DNA of 64,000 nucleotides from Candidatus Latescibacterota bacterium (GTDB lineage Bacteria > Latescibacterota > CBDEFO01). The notes beneath the pieces are model-generated. The model did not search any database, was not told the DNA's origin, and saw only the letters and a list, made by a program, of their open reading frames with translations. The stretch's first letter is position 1. Every line of letters starts with the position of its first letter. Positions 10,430 through 21,572 of the stretch are shown here, one piece after another. Where the stretch lies: NCBI GenBank assembly GCA_965237525.1, contig CBDEFO010000004.1:192001-256000 (forward strand). Direction: 5' to 3'. The translations under genes were made by a program, and so were the position numbers.

Positions 10430-11629
10430 ATGAAGAAACTTTTGCTGGATGATCTGGATCTTAGAGGAAAGCGAGTCCTCGCAAGAGTGGATTTCAACGT
10501 GCCGTTAGATGAAGACAGCAATGTGGCGGACGATACGAGGATAGTGGAGACCCTGCCTACTATAAGGAAAATACTAAGGGATGGCGGAAAAGCTGTGTTG
10601 ATGTCTCATCTGGGCAGACCCAGTGGAAAGGTACTTGACAAGCTCAAGATGGCTCCTGTCGCCGTGAAATTGGAGAAGCTTTTGGGAATGCCTGTGGTTT
10701 ATCCTTTAAACTGCCTTGCACCGGAGACAGAGGAGAAAGTGAACTCTTTGAAAAATGGAGAGTGCGCACTTTTGGAGAACCTACGCTTCCATCCCCAAGA
10801 GGAGACCAACGATCCAAAATTTTCAGAGAAGCTTTCCAAGTTAGGCGATCTCTATGTAAATGACGCCTTCGGTACAGCGCACAGGTCGCACGCCTCGACA
10901 CAAGGCGTGACAAAGTTCTTCTCACAAAGGGCGGCAGGCTACCTGATGGCAAAGGAGATAGATCATCTAAGCAGGATTTTGATTTCCCCTCAAAGACCCT
11001 TCGTAGCAGTCCTGGGCGGAGCGAAGATCTCAGGTAAGATAGATGTCATCGAAAATCTGTTAAAGAGAGTCGATTCGCTCCTTTTAGGTGGAGGAATGGC
11101 CTTTACGTTCTTCAGAGCACAGGGCCTCCAAACAGGTGACTCTCTGCTCGAAGAGGACAAAGTCAATTTGTCGGTCGAGATATTGAACAGGGCCAAAAAG
11201 CAGAAAGTTAAACTCCTACTCCCCTCAGACTGCCTGATAGCCGATGGCCTCTCCGAGGATGCACAAACTAAGGTCGTGGAGAGCAATGAGATCCCAACAG
11301 GATGGAGAGGACTGGACATAGGTCCCAGGACAGTCCAAGAATTTGCAGAAATGATCAAGAAGGCCAAGACGGTTTTCTGGAACGGGCCTATGGGAGTATT
11401 CGAGATGGAAAGGTTCGCTTGCGGGACTTACAGGATAGCCGAGGCAGTCGCTGAGGCGACAGATAGAGGAGCTTTAGCTGTCGTAGGAGGAGGTGACTCG
11501 GCAGCGGCCCTTGCCAAAGCAGGGGTCCAAGACAGGATGACTCATATCTCAACGGGTGGAGGAGCGTCCTTGGAGTTCCTTGAAGGAAAGCTCCTTCCGG
11601 GCGTTGCTGCACTGAGCGATAAGGATTGA
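10430..11629 (+). CDS. pgk: Phosphoglycerate kinase
   Basis: RVDFNVP, SHLGRP, LLENLRF, NDAFGTAHR, WNGPMG and STGGGASLE motifs. Confidence 0.98.
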   Translation: MKKLLLDDLDLRGKRVLARVDFNVPLDEDSNVADDTRIVETLPTIRKILRDGGKAVLMSHLGRPSGKVLDKLKMAPVAVKLEKLLGMPVVYPLNCLAPETEEKVNSLKNGECALLENLRFHPQEETNDPKFSEKLSKLGDLYVNDAFGTAHRSHASTQGVTKFFSQRAAGYLMAKEIDHLSRILISPQRPFVAVLGGAKISGKIDVIENLLKRVDSLLLGGGMAFTFFRAQGLQTGDSLLEEDKVNLSVEILNRAKKQKVKLLLPSDCLIADGLSEDAQTKVVESNEIPTGWRGLDIGPRTVQEFAEMIKKAKTVFWNGPMGVFEMERFACGTYRIAEAVAEATDRGALAVVGGGDSAAALAKAGVQDRMTHISTGGGASLEFLEGKLLPGVAALSDKD

Positions 11630-11719
11630 TATCCTATCGAAGAATCCCCTTTCTTGCCTGATCTCTCTCGTGGCTGTGGAAACATATCAAAGATTGCAGC
11701 GCTAATTCGGAGGCGAACG

Positions 11720-13039
11720 ATGGCGATAAGACCAAGCGAAGCTCTGGAGTACCACAGTTCAGGCCGCAGGGGGAAGATCGAAGTAATATGCACCAAACCG
11801 TGTACGACCCAAAGGCACCTATCTTTGGCATACACACCCGGAGTCGCCGAGCCTTGCAAAGAGATAGATAAAGACCCCGGAAAATCGTATCTTTACACGG
11901 CAAAGGCTAATCTTGTAGCTGTGGTAACTAACGGGACTGCGGTTTTGGGCTTGGGAAATATCGGGGCTTTGGCGGGAAAACCTGTGATGGAAGGCAAAGG
12001 TGTCCTTTTTAAGCGCTTTGCCGACATAGATGTGTTCGACCTGGAGCTGAACACCCAGGACCCTGCTGAGATTATCAGGACGGTTGAGATCATGGAGCCG
12101 ACTTTCGGAGGAGTTAATCTGGAGGACATAAAGGCCCCTGAGTGCTTCTATATCGAGGAGGAACTGAGAAAAAGGATGAACATCCCGGTGTTCCATGACG
12201 ACCAGCACGGAACAGCCATAATAACAGGGGTCGGCCTTGTGAACGCCCTCGAAATAGCAGGGAAAAAGATAGATGAGGTGAGGATCGTGTATAACGGAGC
12301 AGGAGCAGGGGGGATAGCCTGTGCCGATCTGAACATAAAGATGGGAGTAAGGCCGGAAAACATGATACTGTGCGACAGCAAGGGGGTTATCTATAAGGGC
12401 AGAAGGGAGGGAATGAACAAATATAAGGAGAGATTCGCGATCCAAACCAATAGGAGGAGCTTATCAGAGGCTATGGAAGGATGCGATGTCTTTATTGGGC
12501 TTTCGACAAAGGATGTCGTTTCAAGGGAGATGGTGGCGACGATGGCCCACAACCCCATTGTCTTTGCGCTTGCAAACCCCGACCCTGAGATCAGCTACGA
12601 GGACGCCATCAGCGTAAGGGATGACGTGATCATGGCTACAGGGAGGTCGGACTATCCGAATCAGGTCAATAACGTGCTCGGCTTTCCCTTTATCTTCAGA
12701 GGGGCACTGGACGTAAGAGCAAAGTCGATCAACGAAGAGATGAAGATAGCGGCGGTGCACGCCCTTGCAGATCTGGCAAAGGAAGATGTGCCAGATTCAG
12801 TATTGAAGGCCTACGACCTGGAGCAACTTAGATTCGGGAAAGATTATATAATTCCTAAGCCGTTCGACTACAGGGTGCCTCTTTGGGTAGCACCGGCCGT
12901 GGCCAAAGCGGCGATGGAAACAGGTGTCGCCAGGGTCAATATAGATGTAGATAAATATAAAGAGGAGTTGGAAAAAAGACTGAGGCCAAGTCATGACCTG
13001 CAGGACGATTCAGTTATCCCGGAAGCGTTGGTTGAGTAG
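11720..13039 (+). CDS. NAD(P)-dependent malic enzyme (no phosphotransacetylase domain)
   Basis: [27 protein letters not shown] and [14 protein letters not shown] motifs; GGAGG RBS. Confidence 0.95.
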   Translation: MAIRPSEALEYHSSGRRGKIEVICTKPCTTQRHLSLAYTPGVAEPCKEIDKDPGKSYLYTAKANLVAVVTNGTAVLGLGNIGALAGKPVMEGKGVLFKRFADIDVFDLELNTQDPAEIIRTVEIMEPTFGGVNLEDIKAPECFYIEEELRKRMNIPVFHDDQHGTAIITGVGLVNALEIAGKKIDEVRIVYNGAGAGGIACADLNIKMGVRPENMILCDSKGVIYKGRREGMNKYKERFAIQTNRRSLSEAMEGCDVFIGLSTKDVVSREMVATMAHNPIVFALANPDPEISYEDAISVRDDVIMATGRSDYPNQVNNVLGFPFIFRGALDVRAKSINEEMKIAAVHALADLAKEDVPDSVLKAYDLEQLRFGKDYIIPKPFDYRVPLWVAPAVAKAAMETGVARVNIDVDKYKEELEKRLRPSHDLQDDSVIPEALVE

Positions 13040-13086
13040 GAGAGTGCGTGACGTGTCAAGACCAAAGGAGAAAAGGTGACTTGAGC

Positions 13087-13542
13087 ATGAAATCTGTCGT
13101 ACGGCTGTATGCGGTTGCCCTAGTTCTGCTCTTAACTTGCTCTTTTGGCAAGGCGGCCGCCCAAGACGATACATCTCCAACACAGGTGGACTGGCCCTAT
13201 CAGATCGCCAAAGTGTTCCTTGCCCTAATTATCATCGTAGGATTGATCTATTTAACTATCTTTCTGCTCAGGAAGTCCATCTATAAAGGTTCACACGGAG
13301 CAAGTGGAGATCTCGTAAGGATCCTATCATCAGTTTACCTGGGACCTAAGAGGGCTATCTTTCTGGTCAAGGTCGCAGGTCGGATACTCGTCTTAGGAGT
13401 CACGGACGAAACCATTTCCACTCTTTCTGAAATTACAGATGAAGAGACCATAAGCCAAATCGTGTCAGTTTCTCAAGAAGGCAAAGGGACCTATCCCAAA
13501 AAATTTTCAGAATATCTCAGTTCCCTAAGAGGTAAAACATGA
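13087..13542 (+). CDS. FliO/MopB-like flagellar biosynthesis protein
   Basis: TM helix followed by VRILSSVYLGPKRAIFLVKVAGRILVLGVTDETISTLSEI, which is the FliO pattern. Confidence 0.75.
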   Translation: MKSVVRLYAVALVLLLTCSFGKAAAQDDTSPTQVDWPYQIAKVFLALIIIVGLIYLTIFLLRKSIYKGSHGASGDLVRILSSVYLGPKRAIFLVKVAGRILVLGVTDETISTLSEITDEETISQIVSVSQEGKGTYPKKFSEYLSSLRGKT

Positions 13543-13633
13543 GTAAGTGGGCAGATGAGAATGGTTCCGCTTCGCGTCTCCTTCGGGGTCGGGGTTTCAC
13601 CCCCTGCATTGACTGAAGGTCAAGTCAAACAAT

Positions 13634-13677
13634 GTCATTGCCACCCTCGATTTAATCGGGGGCAGCCAAGCAATCTC
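13634..13677. repeat. REP-like element
   Basis: GTCATTGC-[CCCTCGATTTAATCGGGGG]-AAGCAATCTC. Confidence 0.7.
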
Positions 13678-13724
13678 GAAGGCTTTCCCGATTCTTTCGA
13701 GAAAACTGAATAGTCCTGACCCGG

Positions 13725-14543
13725 ATGCGGTATACTTCACCTGCGGAGATTCGAGTGGTCAAATTCAATTACGATCAAACAGATATACAGCTGCGTTACG
13801 AGGAATCCAGAAGACTGCCTGAGGAGACCCTGACGCTGTGGCTCGAAACGATCTCGAAGTATGTGCCCCAAGATTCGACGAAGACTATTATGGATCTGGG
13901 TTGCGGCACCGGCAGATTTATGGAGGGCCTTTCCGATCACTTCAAAGCGAGAGTCTACGGGATAGACCCTTCTCGGAAGATGTTGACCGTAGCCAGACAA
14001 TCCCTCACTTCCCCTCTGGTTCGATTTATCCGTGGATCAGCCGAAAGCATTCCGCTGGATGATAAAGTAGCCGACCTGGTGTTTCTTTCGATGGTCTATC
14101 ACCATATCCAAGACCGAAGCGAGGCCATACGCGAGTTCAAGAGAATATTGAGGATGGACGGATTCCTGTGTATTCGCACGTCGACCCGAGAAAGTATGGA
14201 CTCCTACCGCTGGCTTGGGTTCTTCCCCAAGGCGCGCCAGATCGAACTTTCCCGCACCTCATCCAGAAGAGGTATAACGGATTTCTTGCAGGACAATGGA
14301 TTCGATCTAAAGGGACATACTGTTGTCCATCATCTATTCGCAGAAAACTTTCACCACTACTTTGAGAAGATAAGTCTCAGGGGGTTATCGAGCCTCCAAG
14401 CGATCAGGGATGATGAGTTCAAAGAAGGTCTAATTGGACTGAAAAAGTACTGTCAGGAACAAAAAACAGGAGATGCCGTTTTCGAAGACATCGATCTTTT
14501 CGTCTTCCGTTTGCGACTATCGCCGACATCGCAAGTAGCTTGA
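13725..14543 (+). CDS. Class I SAM-dependent methyltransferase
   Basis: MDLGCGTGRF, GIDPS and EFKRILRMDG motifs. Confidence 0.9.
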   Translation: MRYTSPAEIRVVKFNYDQTDIQLRYEESRRLPEETLTLWLETISKYVPQDSTKTIMDLGCGTGRFMEGLSDHFKARVYGIDPSRKMLTVARQSLTSPLVRFIRGSAESIPLDDKVADLVFLSMVYHHIQDRSEAIREFKRILRMDGFLCIRTSTRESMDSYRWLGFFPKARQIELSRTSSRRGITDFLQDNGFDLKGHTVVHHLFAENFHHYFEKISLRGLSSLQAIRDDEFKEGLIGLKKYCQEQKTGDAVFEDIDLFVFRLRLSPTSQVA

Positions 14544-14583
14544 ACGATCACAGAACGTAATGTCCACTGGAGAGTGAGATAAA

Positions 14584-15039
14584 ATGCAGAGATTGAGTAT
14601 ATCTGAAGAGATAAAGAGGAATTTAGAAGAGGTTTTGGATATTTCCTCAAGAGCACATAAGATCACAGAAGGAATCCAGGATCTGGCCCGAGATCAAGAT
14701 TTAGAAGTTCTGCATGAAAGAGTCGAGTACAGAGGAAAGTTGTTCTCTCAAGTGGAAGCGATTCAGGGTGTCCTGGAGAGTTTGAAAGGGAAGTTGAAGG
14801 ACGTCAACGAAAACGAAAAGCAACGCACCAAGAGACTCTGCCAACCCCTGATCGAGCAGATCCAGAATGTAATGAAGAAACACGGGAAGGTTGAAGAAGA
14901 GACAGTTCGATTCCTTCAAGACCAGATAAAAGATACAGAGGAGGGGCTAAAGGGTATCAGCGATCTCAAGAAGCTGTCGAAGGGCTATTTGGAGATGTGG
15001 AGAGATAAGGATCGGATCGTAGATATCCTCGGCGATTAG
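14584..15039 (+). CDS. Coiled-coil protein, FliT/FlgN-like export chaperone (tentative)
   Basis: All-helical 151 aa with a C-terminal KGY...D pattern. Weak resemblance only. Confidence 0.4.
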   Translation: MQRLSISEEIKRNLEEVLDISSRAHKITEGIQDLARDQDLEVLHERVEYRGKLFSQVEAIQGVLESLKGKLKDVNENEKQRTKRLCQPLIEQIQNVMKKHGKVEEETVRFLQDQIKDTEEGLKGISDLKKLSKGYLEMWRDKDRIVDILGD

Positions 15040-15150
15040 GTATCGTCTTCCCCTCAAAAAGTATCGGTGGGTCGGACCACTTCGTGACTTGTTGCCTCTC
15101 CGGCAAAGCGGCCACTCTGCCCAGTCTGACGAAGACCTCTTTCAGGGTCC

Positions 15151-15567
15151 TCAAAGCCGATAGAGCATCCAGTATACAATTACTCCTGTGACCGAGACGT
15201 ACATCCATAAGGGAAGGCAGATTCGTGCGATCCTCATGTGTCTTTCAAACTGCTCTTTCCATGCTCGGTAGAGGGTTATTGAGGCCAGTGGAAGGATAAG
15301 GACAGCAAGGGCAATGTGTGAAATGAGAATAGTAAAGTAAACGAGTCGAATCGAGCCGCGTCCTAAAAAGGGCACTGATCCGACATGGTAGTGATAAAAA
15401 AGATAGGAAGTCAAAAATAGCACAGAGGTCGCAAACGCCGAGAGCATAAAGACCTTATGTGCCCTTACCATCCTTCGGCGAATGAACACGTAACCTGTGG
15501 TAAGCAAGAGGGCGCTGACGCCATTTAATGTAGCGTTGACTGTGGGCAGATCAGATATGGAGATCAA
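15151..15567 (-). CDS. DUF420 membrane protein
   Basis: LPTVNATLNG, ILISHIALA and LWMYVSVTGVIVY motifs; cox-cluster context. Confidence 0.9.
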   Translation of the reverse strand: MISISDLPTVNATLNGVSALLLTTGYVFIRRRMVRAHKVFMLSAFATSVLFLTSYLFYHYHVGSVPFLGRGSIRLVYFTILISHIALAVLILPLASITLYRAWKEQFERHMRIARICLPLWMYVSVTGVIVYWMLYRL

Positions 15568-16223
15568 ATGGACTCCTCCTTCAGCAGGACTCCCACGTCG
15601 GTTAAGATTCGCTGATGCAATTGTGTGTCGGTGCTGTGGTAGTATCCCCGAATCTGTCCCTGTCGGTCAACGAGTGCGAATCTGAGGCTGTGGACGATGG
15701 GCGCATCCATAATATCCGGGGCGTCCGGATTCCTGTCAAAATTGTCGCCGACGCCCAGGTGGAATCCTTCCTTGGAGAGGCGGTAGATTGCCCCTTTCTC
15801 TCCGGTTAAAAAGAGCCATTGGCCCTGCTTTGCCCGGTAGTGATCGGCGTACGCCGATAGAACCTCGGGAGTATCCCGTTCGGGGTCGACGCTAAAGGAG
15901 ACCAAAAGGACGTCGTCCGCCCTGTCCAGTGAGATCTGCAGTGCGGACATCTGAGAGGACATCAGTGGACAGGTACCCTGGCAGTTTGTGAAGATGAAAT
16001 CAGCAATCCAGATTTTGCCCTGTAAGTCCCTCAGTCCCAGCGGTCTTCCGCTCCTTTCGATCAGAGAAAACTCCGGAACACGGCCGTAGACAGGCAGTGG
16101 CTTAAGACGCCCGCTTTGGCCTTCCACAAAGCTGTTCCAGGTCCATATCGCCGCGACTGCTACCAGAACCAGTACCAGAATGCCCCACAGGAGCTGATTT
16201 CGGATTAGGTTTTCTTTTTTCAT
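15564..16223 (-). CDS. SCO family copper chaperone
   Basis: FIFTNCQGTCP (CxxxC), SVDPERDTP and HS motifs. Confidence 0.95.
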   Translation of the reverse strand: MKKENLIRNQLLWGILVLVLVAVAAIWTWNSFVEGQSGRLKPLPVYGRVPEFSLIERSGRPLGLRDLQGKIWIADFIFTNCQGTCPLMSSQMSALQISLDRADDVLLVSFSVDPERDTPEVLSAYADHYRAKQGQWLFLTGEKGAIYRLSKEGFHLGVGDNFDRNPDAPDIMDAPIVHSLRFALVDRQGQIRGYYHSTDTQLHQRILTDVGVLLKEESI

Positions 16224-16339
16224 CGCGGAACGGACATGAATACAAAGCCCATGATATGTAGAAATTTCACAATGTGATAAAGGTTCTCCATTTTGGTCTC
16301 CTCTGATGGGACTGACACCTCAGAATAGCTCTGATACCT

Positions 16340-16918
16340 TCACTCCTGTGTTACCGCAGCCGGAACACCATCTGGCTCTATCTCAGCGGGAGGATGGATA
16401 TCGAAGGCATCGGCGATGCGCACAAAGAGGTTGAAGAGCGCCCCATCGTAGACCGCCTCTGCGATCTGCGCGTCCGTCCATCCCACCTCACGAAGGGCCT
16501 GAACTTGTTCGTCGGTAATCCGATACGCATGCCGCGTCAAGGTGCCAACAAATTCTAGCAGAAGACGTTCCGCAGGGGTTACCGGCGCTTGGTCCAAGTC
16601 TCCGTCGCGCAGCGCCTTTGCCGTCTCGATGTATTCTTCTCCCTGCAACTGCAGGAACCACGTGTGGCTACTGAGTCAATAGTGACAGCGGTTCAGTGCC
16701 GACACGTACGAAGCGATCATCTCGTGTTGGGCACAGGTGAGCGCTCCATCCGAAAAGTGCAGGCGCGCCGCATCCGTTATCGCCGCTAAAAAGTCAGGAC
16801 GTAGGCTCATCGTGTGTAAGATGTCAGGCACATGCCCGTCCTTTGATCGGGCTGCGTCGAAGAGTTCTGCAAGCTGCCCGCGAGCGTCAACATCCTCGAT
16901 CCAAGCAATCCGTGGCAT
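16340..16918 (-). CDS. AhpD/carboxymuconolactone-decarboxylase-like peroxidase, predicted selenoprotein (CxxU), 192 aa
   Basis: ORFs 16676..16918 and 16340..16648 are in one frame. They are separated only by a TGA at the second Cys position of the motif (SALNRCHY-U-LSSH), with a SECIS-like hairpin downstream. Confidence 0.8.
16640..16657 (-). promoter_or_regulatory. Putative bacterial SECIS hairpin
   Basis: UCCUGC-AGUU-GCAGGGA, with the G-containing apical loop about 25 nt after the UGA. Confidence 0.55.
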
Positions 16919-17807
16919 GGTGAATATCCTCCTTTGGCTTAAAAATTTGCCTGGTGTTTTTCTTTAAAGACTTGTTGAGGCTCCTCCCAGTGGACGTTCC
17001 ACCCGTGATGCGACGTTTCACCATAATCAGCGAGGTCACAAAGGTCGTCATAGCAAAGAGGATCGTAATCGTCAAAGACAAAAAAAGTGAAGGAAGGGCT
17101 CCCGTCGGATGTCCAAGATAGAGGCAATGCCGCAAGGCGGCCATCCCATAGGTTACGGGATTTAGCCACATCACAACCTGAAGCCAAGAGGGAACTCCAG
17201 AGATTGGAAAGACCGCTCCGGAAAGGAGCCACAGTGGAATCAAAAAAAGGTTCATAATGGCGTGAAATCCGGCTGTGGAATCCATACACCATGCAATCGA
17301 AAACCCAAGACCCGTCATCCCGAAGGCGATCAGGAAGATCGTCCCCACAGTGTAGATGAAGCTTGCCGGGGTGGTGGAAATCCCCACAGTGAAGGATAAT
17401 GCCAGAAAAAGGATCCCCTGAAAGAGCGCCATCGTGGCGCCTCCTGAGATCTTCCCCAAGACGAGACTCGATCTGGAGATGGGGGAGACCAGAACGGACT
17501 GCAGAAATCCCTCCCGACGATCTTCCACGATGGAAATGGTGGAAAATATCGCCGTGAAGAGGAGGATCAAGAGGAGCGTCCCCGGATAAAAGTATTCTAT
17601 GTAGGTTACATCTTCTGGCAAGGAAGACGAATGGAAGGAAGCGCCGAATCCTGATCCGATAAATATCCAGAAAAGCACCGGCTGTCCGAAAGCACCGATC
17701 ATGCGATTTCGATCCCGATAAAACCTGACAAGCTCACGAACCCATAGGGTCGCGATGGGGAGCAGAAAACTTATCCGTTTGTTTTGGGTCTTATCCTCAG
17801 TAATCAT
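16887..17807 (-). CDS. ABC-2 type transporter permease
   Basis: EDRREGFLQSVLVSP, LSGAVFP and NPVTY motifs. Confidence 0.9.
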   Translation of the reverse strand: MITEDKTQNKRISFLLPIATLWVRELVRFYRDRNRMIGAFGQPVLFWIFIGSGFGASFHSSSLPEDVTYIEYFYPGTLLLILLFTAIFSTISIVEDRREGFLQSVLVSPISRSSLVLGKISGGATMALFQGILFLALSFTVGISTTPASFIYTVGTIFLIAFGMTGLGFSIAWCMDSTAGFHAIMNLFLIPLWLLSGAVFPISGVPSWLQVVMWLNPVTYGMAALRHCLYLGHPTGALPSLFLSLTITILFAMTTFVTSLIMVKRRITGGTSTGRSLNKSLKKNTRQIFKPKEDIHHATDCLDRGC

Positions 17808-18754
17808 GGCAAAGCAGTAACCTCTCCATCCACTTCAAAGCGGTGTCCTGTCTTTTGGATAAAGACATCCTCAAGGGTGGGTTTTCCAAAGGTTACTGAT
17901 TGGATCTTCTCTTTGAAAGTGTCAAATAGCTGAGCCACAAATTGGTGCCCGTCCTGGCATTCGATCCGTATCGCGCTATTCAATATTGTGGACTCTACGC
18001 CGAATCTGCGAGAAATGTCCTCTTTAAGATCTTTCGGATCTTGGGTTTTAAGGACGATGACGTCCCCTCCGATCAATCTTTTGAGCGAATCGGGAGAATC
18101 CACTGCCGCGAGCTTGCCCTGATCTATGATCCCGATTCGGTCGCATCGTTCCGCTTCTTCGACAAAATGCGTCGTCAAAAGGACGGTGACGCTGTGTCGA
18201 TCCCTCAACTCTTCAAGGTTCTTCCAAAAATTTCGTCGAGCCCCCGGATCCAATCCAGTAGACGGTTCATCAAATATGAGAAGGCCTGGTTTGTGCAGGA
18301 GTCCCTTGGCCAATTCGACTCGCCGCCGAAGCCCTCCAGACAGGTTTTCCACAAGCTCCTCAGCACGGTCAGGTAGTCCTACAACCGTGAGGACTTCCTC
18401 CGTGCGAGACTTAAGATAGCTCCCGTAAAGGCCGTAAAGATGACCCTGGTGACGCAGGTTTTCCGTGACGGTTAATTTTCGGTCGAGGCTCGGATTTTGA
18501 AAAACGACGCCGATGCGCCTCCTTATCGCGTCGGGATTTTCAAAAATATCCAAACCGAAGATATGCACCCTCCCTTCGGTCGGACAGATGAGCGTGGAGA
18601 GAATCCTGAACAGAGTGGTCTTACCGCCTCCGTTGGGTCCAAGCAGCCCGAAGATCTCACCTTGCCCCACAGTAAAACTGATCCCACAAAGGGCTGTTCG
18701 TTCTCCGTAGTTGTGATAGAGGTCTTCAAGTTCTATGACGGATGGATCGCCCAT
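17804..18754 (-). CDS. ABC transporter ATP-binding protein (DrrA-like)
   Basis: GPNGGGKT, LSGG, DEPSTGLD and PTLEDVF motifs. Confidence 0.95.
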   Translation of the reverse strand: MGDPSVIELEDLYHNYGERTALCGISFTVGQGEIFGLLGPNGGGKTTLFRILSTLICPTEGRVHIFGLDIFENPDAIRRRIGVVFQNPSLDRKLTVTENLRHQGHLYGLYGSYLKSRTEEVLTVVGLPDRAEELVENLSGGLRRRVELAKGLLHKPGLLIFDEPSTGLDPGARRNFWKNLEELRDRHSVTVLLTTHFVEEAERCDRIGIIDQGKLAAVDSPDSLKRLIGGDVIVLKTQDPKDLKEDISRRFGVESTILNSAIRIECQDGHQFVAQLFDTFKEKIQSVTFGKPTLEDVFIQKTGHRFEVDGEVTALP

Positions 18755-18949
18755 TTTTCCCCAAAAAGTTCTGCGCGCACTTCTCCACCTCGCGGCTTCC
18801 TGCCTCCCAGTAAAGTGGCCATGTCACCCACGTTGTGGCTCGCTGACACTGTGTACCCCCTGCAAAAAGAGGTGGCAGCAACGCTATAGTGCACACACCA
18901 CCTTTCTGGGGTTCCTCATAGTGCCCACTGCTATTGAAGATCACCTATG

Positions 18950-19085
18950 AGTTTTGTTACGCCTCGCATCTCCTCGGGGTTGAGGTTTGACCTATCGCAA
19001 TGACATTGCTGGACTACGGCATTCAGTCATTGCACGCCGAAGCCGAGCGCGAAAGGAATTTTAAGCGAAGCAACCGCAATTCTCT
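18950..19085. repeat. Degenerate inverted pair of GTCATTGC-type REP-like elements
   Basis: GCAATGAC (18997) faces GTCATTGC (19026)...CGAAGCAA. Confidence 0.5.
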
Positions 19086-19099
19086 CCCGGCGATGGGCG

Positions 19100-19393
19100 T
19101 TAAAAGAGTGTGCGATGCAGGTGTGTTTCTAAGATTCCAACAATGGCCAATAGAACAGTTAGTGGCAGGGGAACGGCAGCGATCAGGATGAGCCTGCGTC
19201 TTTCAAACTTCAAGTGCATATAGTAGAGGGCAACTAACAGTGCCTTAGTGAGAGCAAAAGCCACCAGAAACAAAGCCATGTAGAATTTGGGAATGGGTAG
19301 ATACCTGGCGCCCAGCACTTCAATCACTGTAAGCACCGTAAGCCACACCCACACGGCCATGTAATTGTCCTGCTCTTTGTGAGAATCGTTCAT
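19100..19393 (-). CDS. ctaF: Cytochrome c oxidase subunit IV
   Basis: VWVWLTVLTVIE and KALLVALYYMHLKFE motifs. Confidence 0.9.
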   Translation of the reverse strand: MNDSHKEQDNYMAVWVWLTVLTVIEVLGARYLPIPKFYMALFLVAFALTKALLVALYYMHLKFERRRLILIAAVPLPLTVLLAIVGILETHLHRTLF

Positions 19394-19722
19394 GAGGCTT
19401 TCTCCTTATCAAGTTACATGGATGCAACCAGATTACCATCGGATAATTGTCGCTGAAACACATCAAGTCGATGTTTTCATCGGGGCTTTCTCTGCCCTAT
19501 GCTGACCTCTCTTTGTTTAAAGTGCATGCACAACCCCCAGGGCTATCCACTAGGATATTGCGACGAAACTGACACATAAAAGTCTGATCGTTTGCTGTAT
19601 ATCTCTCTGTAGTCTGTGCCATCGGAAATTCTATGTCACAACCATCCTTCTCAGCCAGTGCGTCAGAGATCAGGTAGTTTCCAAACTAGACTGGGACACT
19701 TCCACTGACACCGAGCCTCCAT

Positions 19723-20597
19723 TCACTCAGTTGGATGTCCAAGGTCCAGCCAGGATGTCAGAACGCCATCCAGGAACACTTTGCTCTGCTTGGCCGCCGA
19801 GACCGGGTCGCTTTCATAGCCGGATCCGAATACATGCGCCGCGTACTCGACGGAAATGTACCCATCGTAATCTGTCTCCAGCATGGCATGGACCAGCCCG
19901 GCCCAGTCCACCTCGCCTTTTTCCCAGTGGCGGGAATTCAAAGTTCTGCCGGCTCCCCTTGGCATCCTTGGCGTGCATATGGACAATACGCTCGCGCAAG
20001 CGGCCAAATGCCTCGACGGCGTCGTCGCCGGCGGCCTTGTAATGGGACGGATCGAAGTTGACGTACAAGTCCTGACGCTCAATCAGCTCAATCAACCTGC
20101 AGATCGTCGAAAGGTTCCAGACTAAAAAACCTGGAAAGACGGCGGCCTCCATGGCGACCTTCACGCCTGGCTGGCGTATAATCGAGGCACTCGCACAGTT
20201 CCTCCACCAGCCATAGCCAGCAATGGCTCTCAGAGACCCCGTCAGGAACAATCCCGGAAAATACATGGACGACGTCTGTCCCCAGGTCCACTGCCAGGTC
20301 GACGGCGCCCTTGACAAAATTGCAGTTCACTTCGCGCCTGTACTCGTCAGGCTCAATGAGACTGACATGGGCACTCAAGGAGGATAGAGAAAGCCCTGCT
20401 GATCGCAGGGTCTGCCTAATTTCTTCGCGCTTGCTCTGTGCAAGGTCTGGCAAGATGTGTGGCTGGAAATGTGCTGCCGTCTCCATGTTCAACTCAATAG
20501 CCTGGTAACCGATCTCTCTCAGGATCTCCGTGGTCTGCTCTATGCCGTAATCGGTGAAACCGCTTGAATGAAAGCTTATCCCTCCCCCACGCCGCAT
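19723..20597 (-). pseudogene. Sugar phosphate isomerase/epimerase (xylose-isomerase-like TIM barrel); frameshifted or sequencing indels
   Basis: GYQAIE, VNFDPSH, HMHAKD and YDGYISVE are spread over three frames. Confidence 0.75.
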
Positions 20598-21425
20598 TCC
20601 TGCATCACTCCCTTCATGTAGCAGAAGCACTCGTCCTGCCAGACGTCCGGATCGATAGGATGTCCTGCATACAGTTGAGCGGTGAGGAAACCGGTGTAGC
20701 CGACCTCCTTGAGGGTCTTGACAAACATCTTCCAGTTCATCGTTCCATGCCCAGGAATGTTGTGTGCCAGCCCTATGCCCTGGCCTTCGTTGTCGCTGAA
20801 GTGGACATAGTACAAATACGGCGCGACCTTTCGGACGGCGTCGGTGATGTTGACATCGGTGATGTTCTGGTCTGCGGTATCAATCATCAGCCTGCAGCCC
20901 GCCATGTGGATCTCACGCATCATTCTGATGGTATCGTCCAGGGTAACAACGACCCGAGATTCCGAGGGCGTGAGCGTGTGCAGACACAGGGTCACTCAGG
21001 GAGGCGTGTTCTGCGACCTCTTTCATCCCCTCCCGGGGGTTCCAGGCCCAGGCCTGCTCGAAGTCGGTGTCGCTTATCATGTGACCGCTGATGACATTGA
21101 TGCGAGGACAGCCGACTTGTGCCGCCACGTCCACACACTTCTTGTAGTAATCGACGGTGTCGCGCCGGACCCACTCCTTAGAATACGAGAAGTTGTACTC
21201 CCGCGCCAGAGCCCCACCGACCACCGACAGCGCGGTGATCTCCAACCCCTGGTCTTCCACCAGCTTGCCAATTTCCTCGCGATCCCCGCGGTCACACACG
21301 ACATCCAGGTGCGGACCATATGCCCAGATATCCACCCCCTGAAAGCCGGTCTTGGCAATCCGGCGTATAGCTTCCTCCAGCGTCGTGTAGTCCAGGTAGA
21401 TCATCGTACAGGAAGATAGTTTCAT
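20576..21425 (-). pseudogene. Sugar phosphate isomerase/epimerase; frameshifted near 21000-21040
   Basis: GFQGVDIW in ORF 20913..21434; YVHFSDN, PGHG and GYTGFL in ORF 20576..20995. Confidence 0.75.
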
Positions 21426-21572
21426 TGCGATCATCCCCTTAACATGCGATCAGAATACCTCTACTGACAAGCAAAACCAGCTAACTCGACATCTTCGCCG
21501 TCCCAAGAGGAGCTGCCGCTTCATTGCCCCTCTCGAGCACTTACTTCGAGCTTACGCAGTCTCTCTTCAGAG

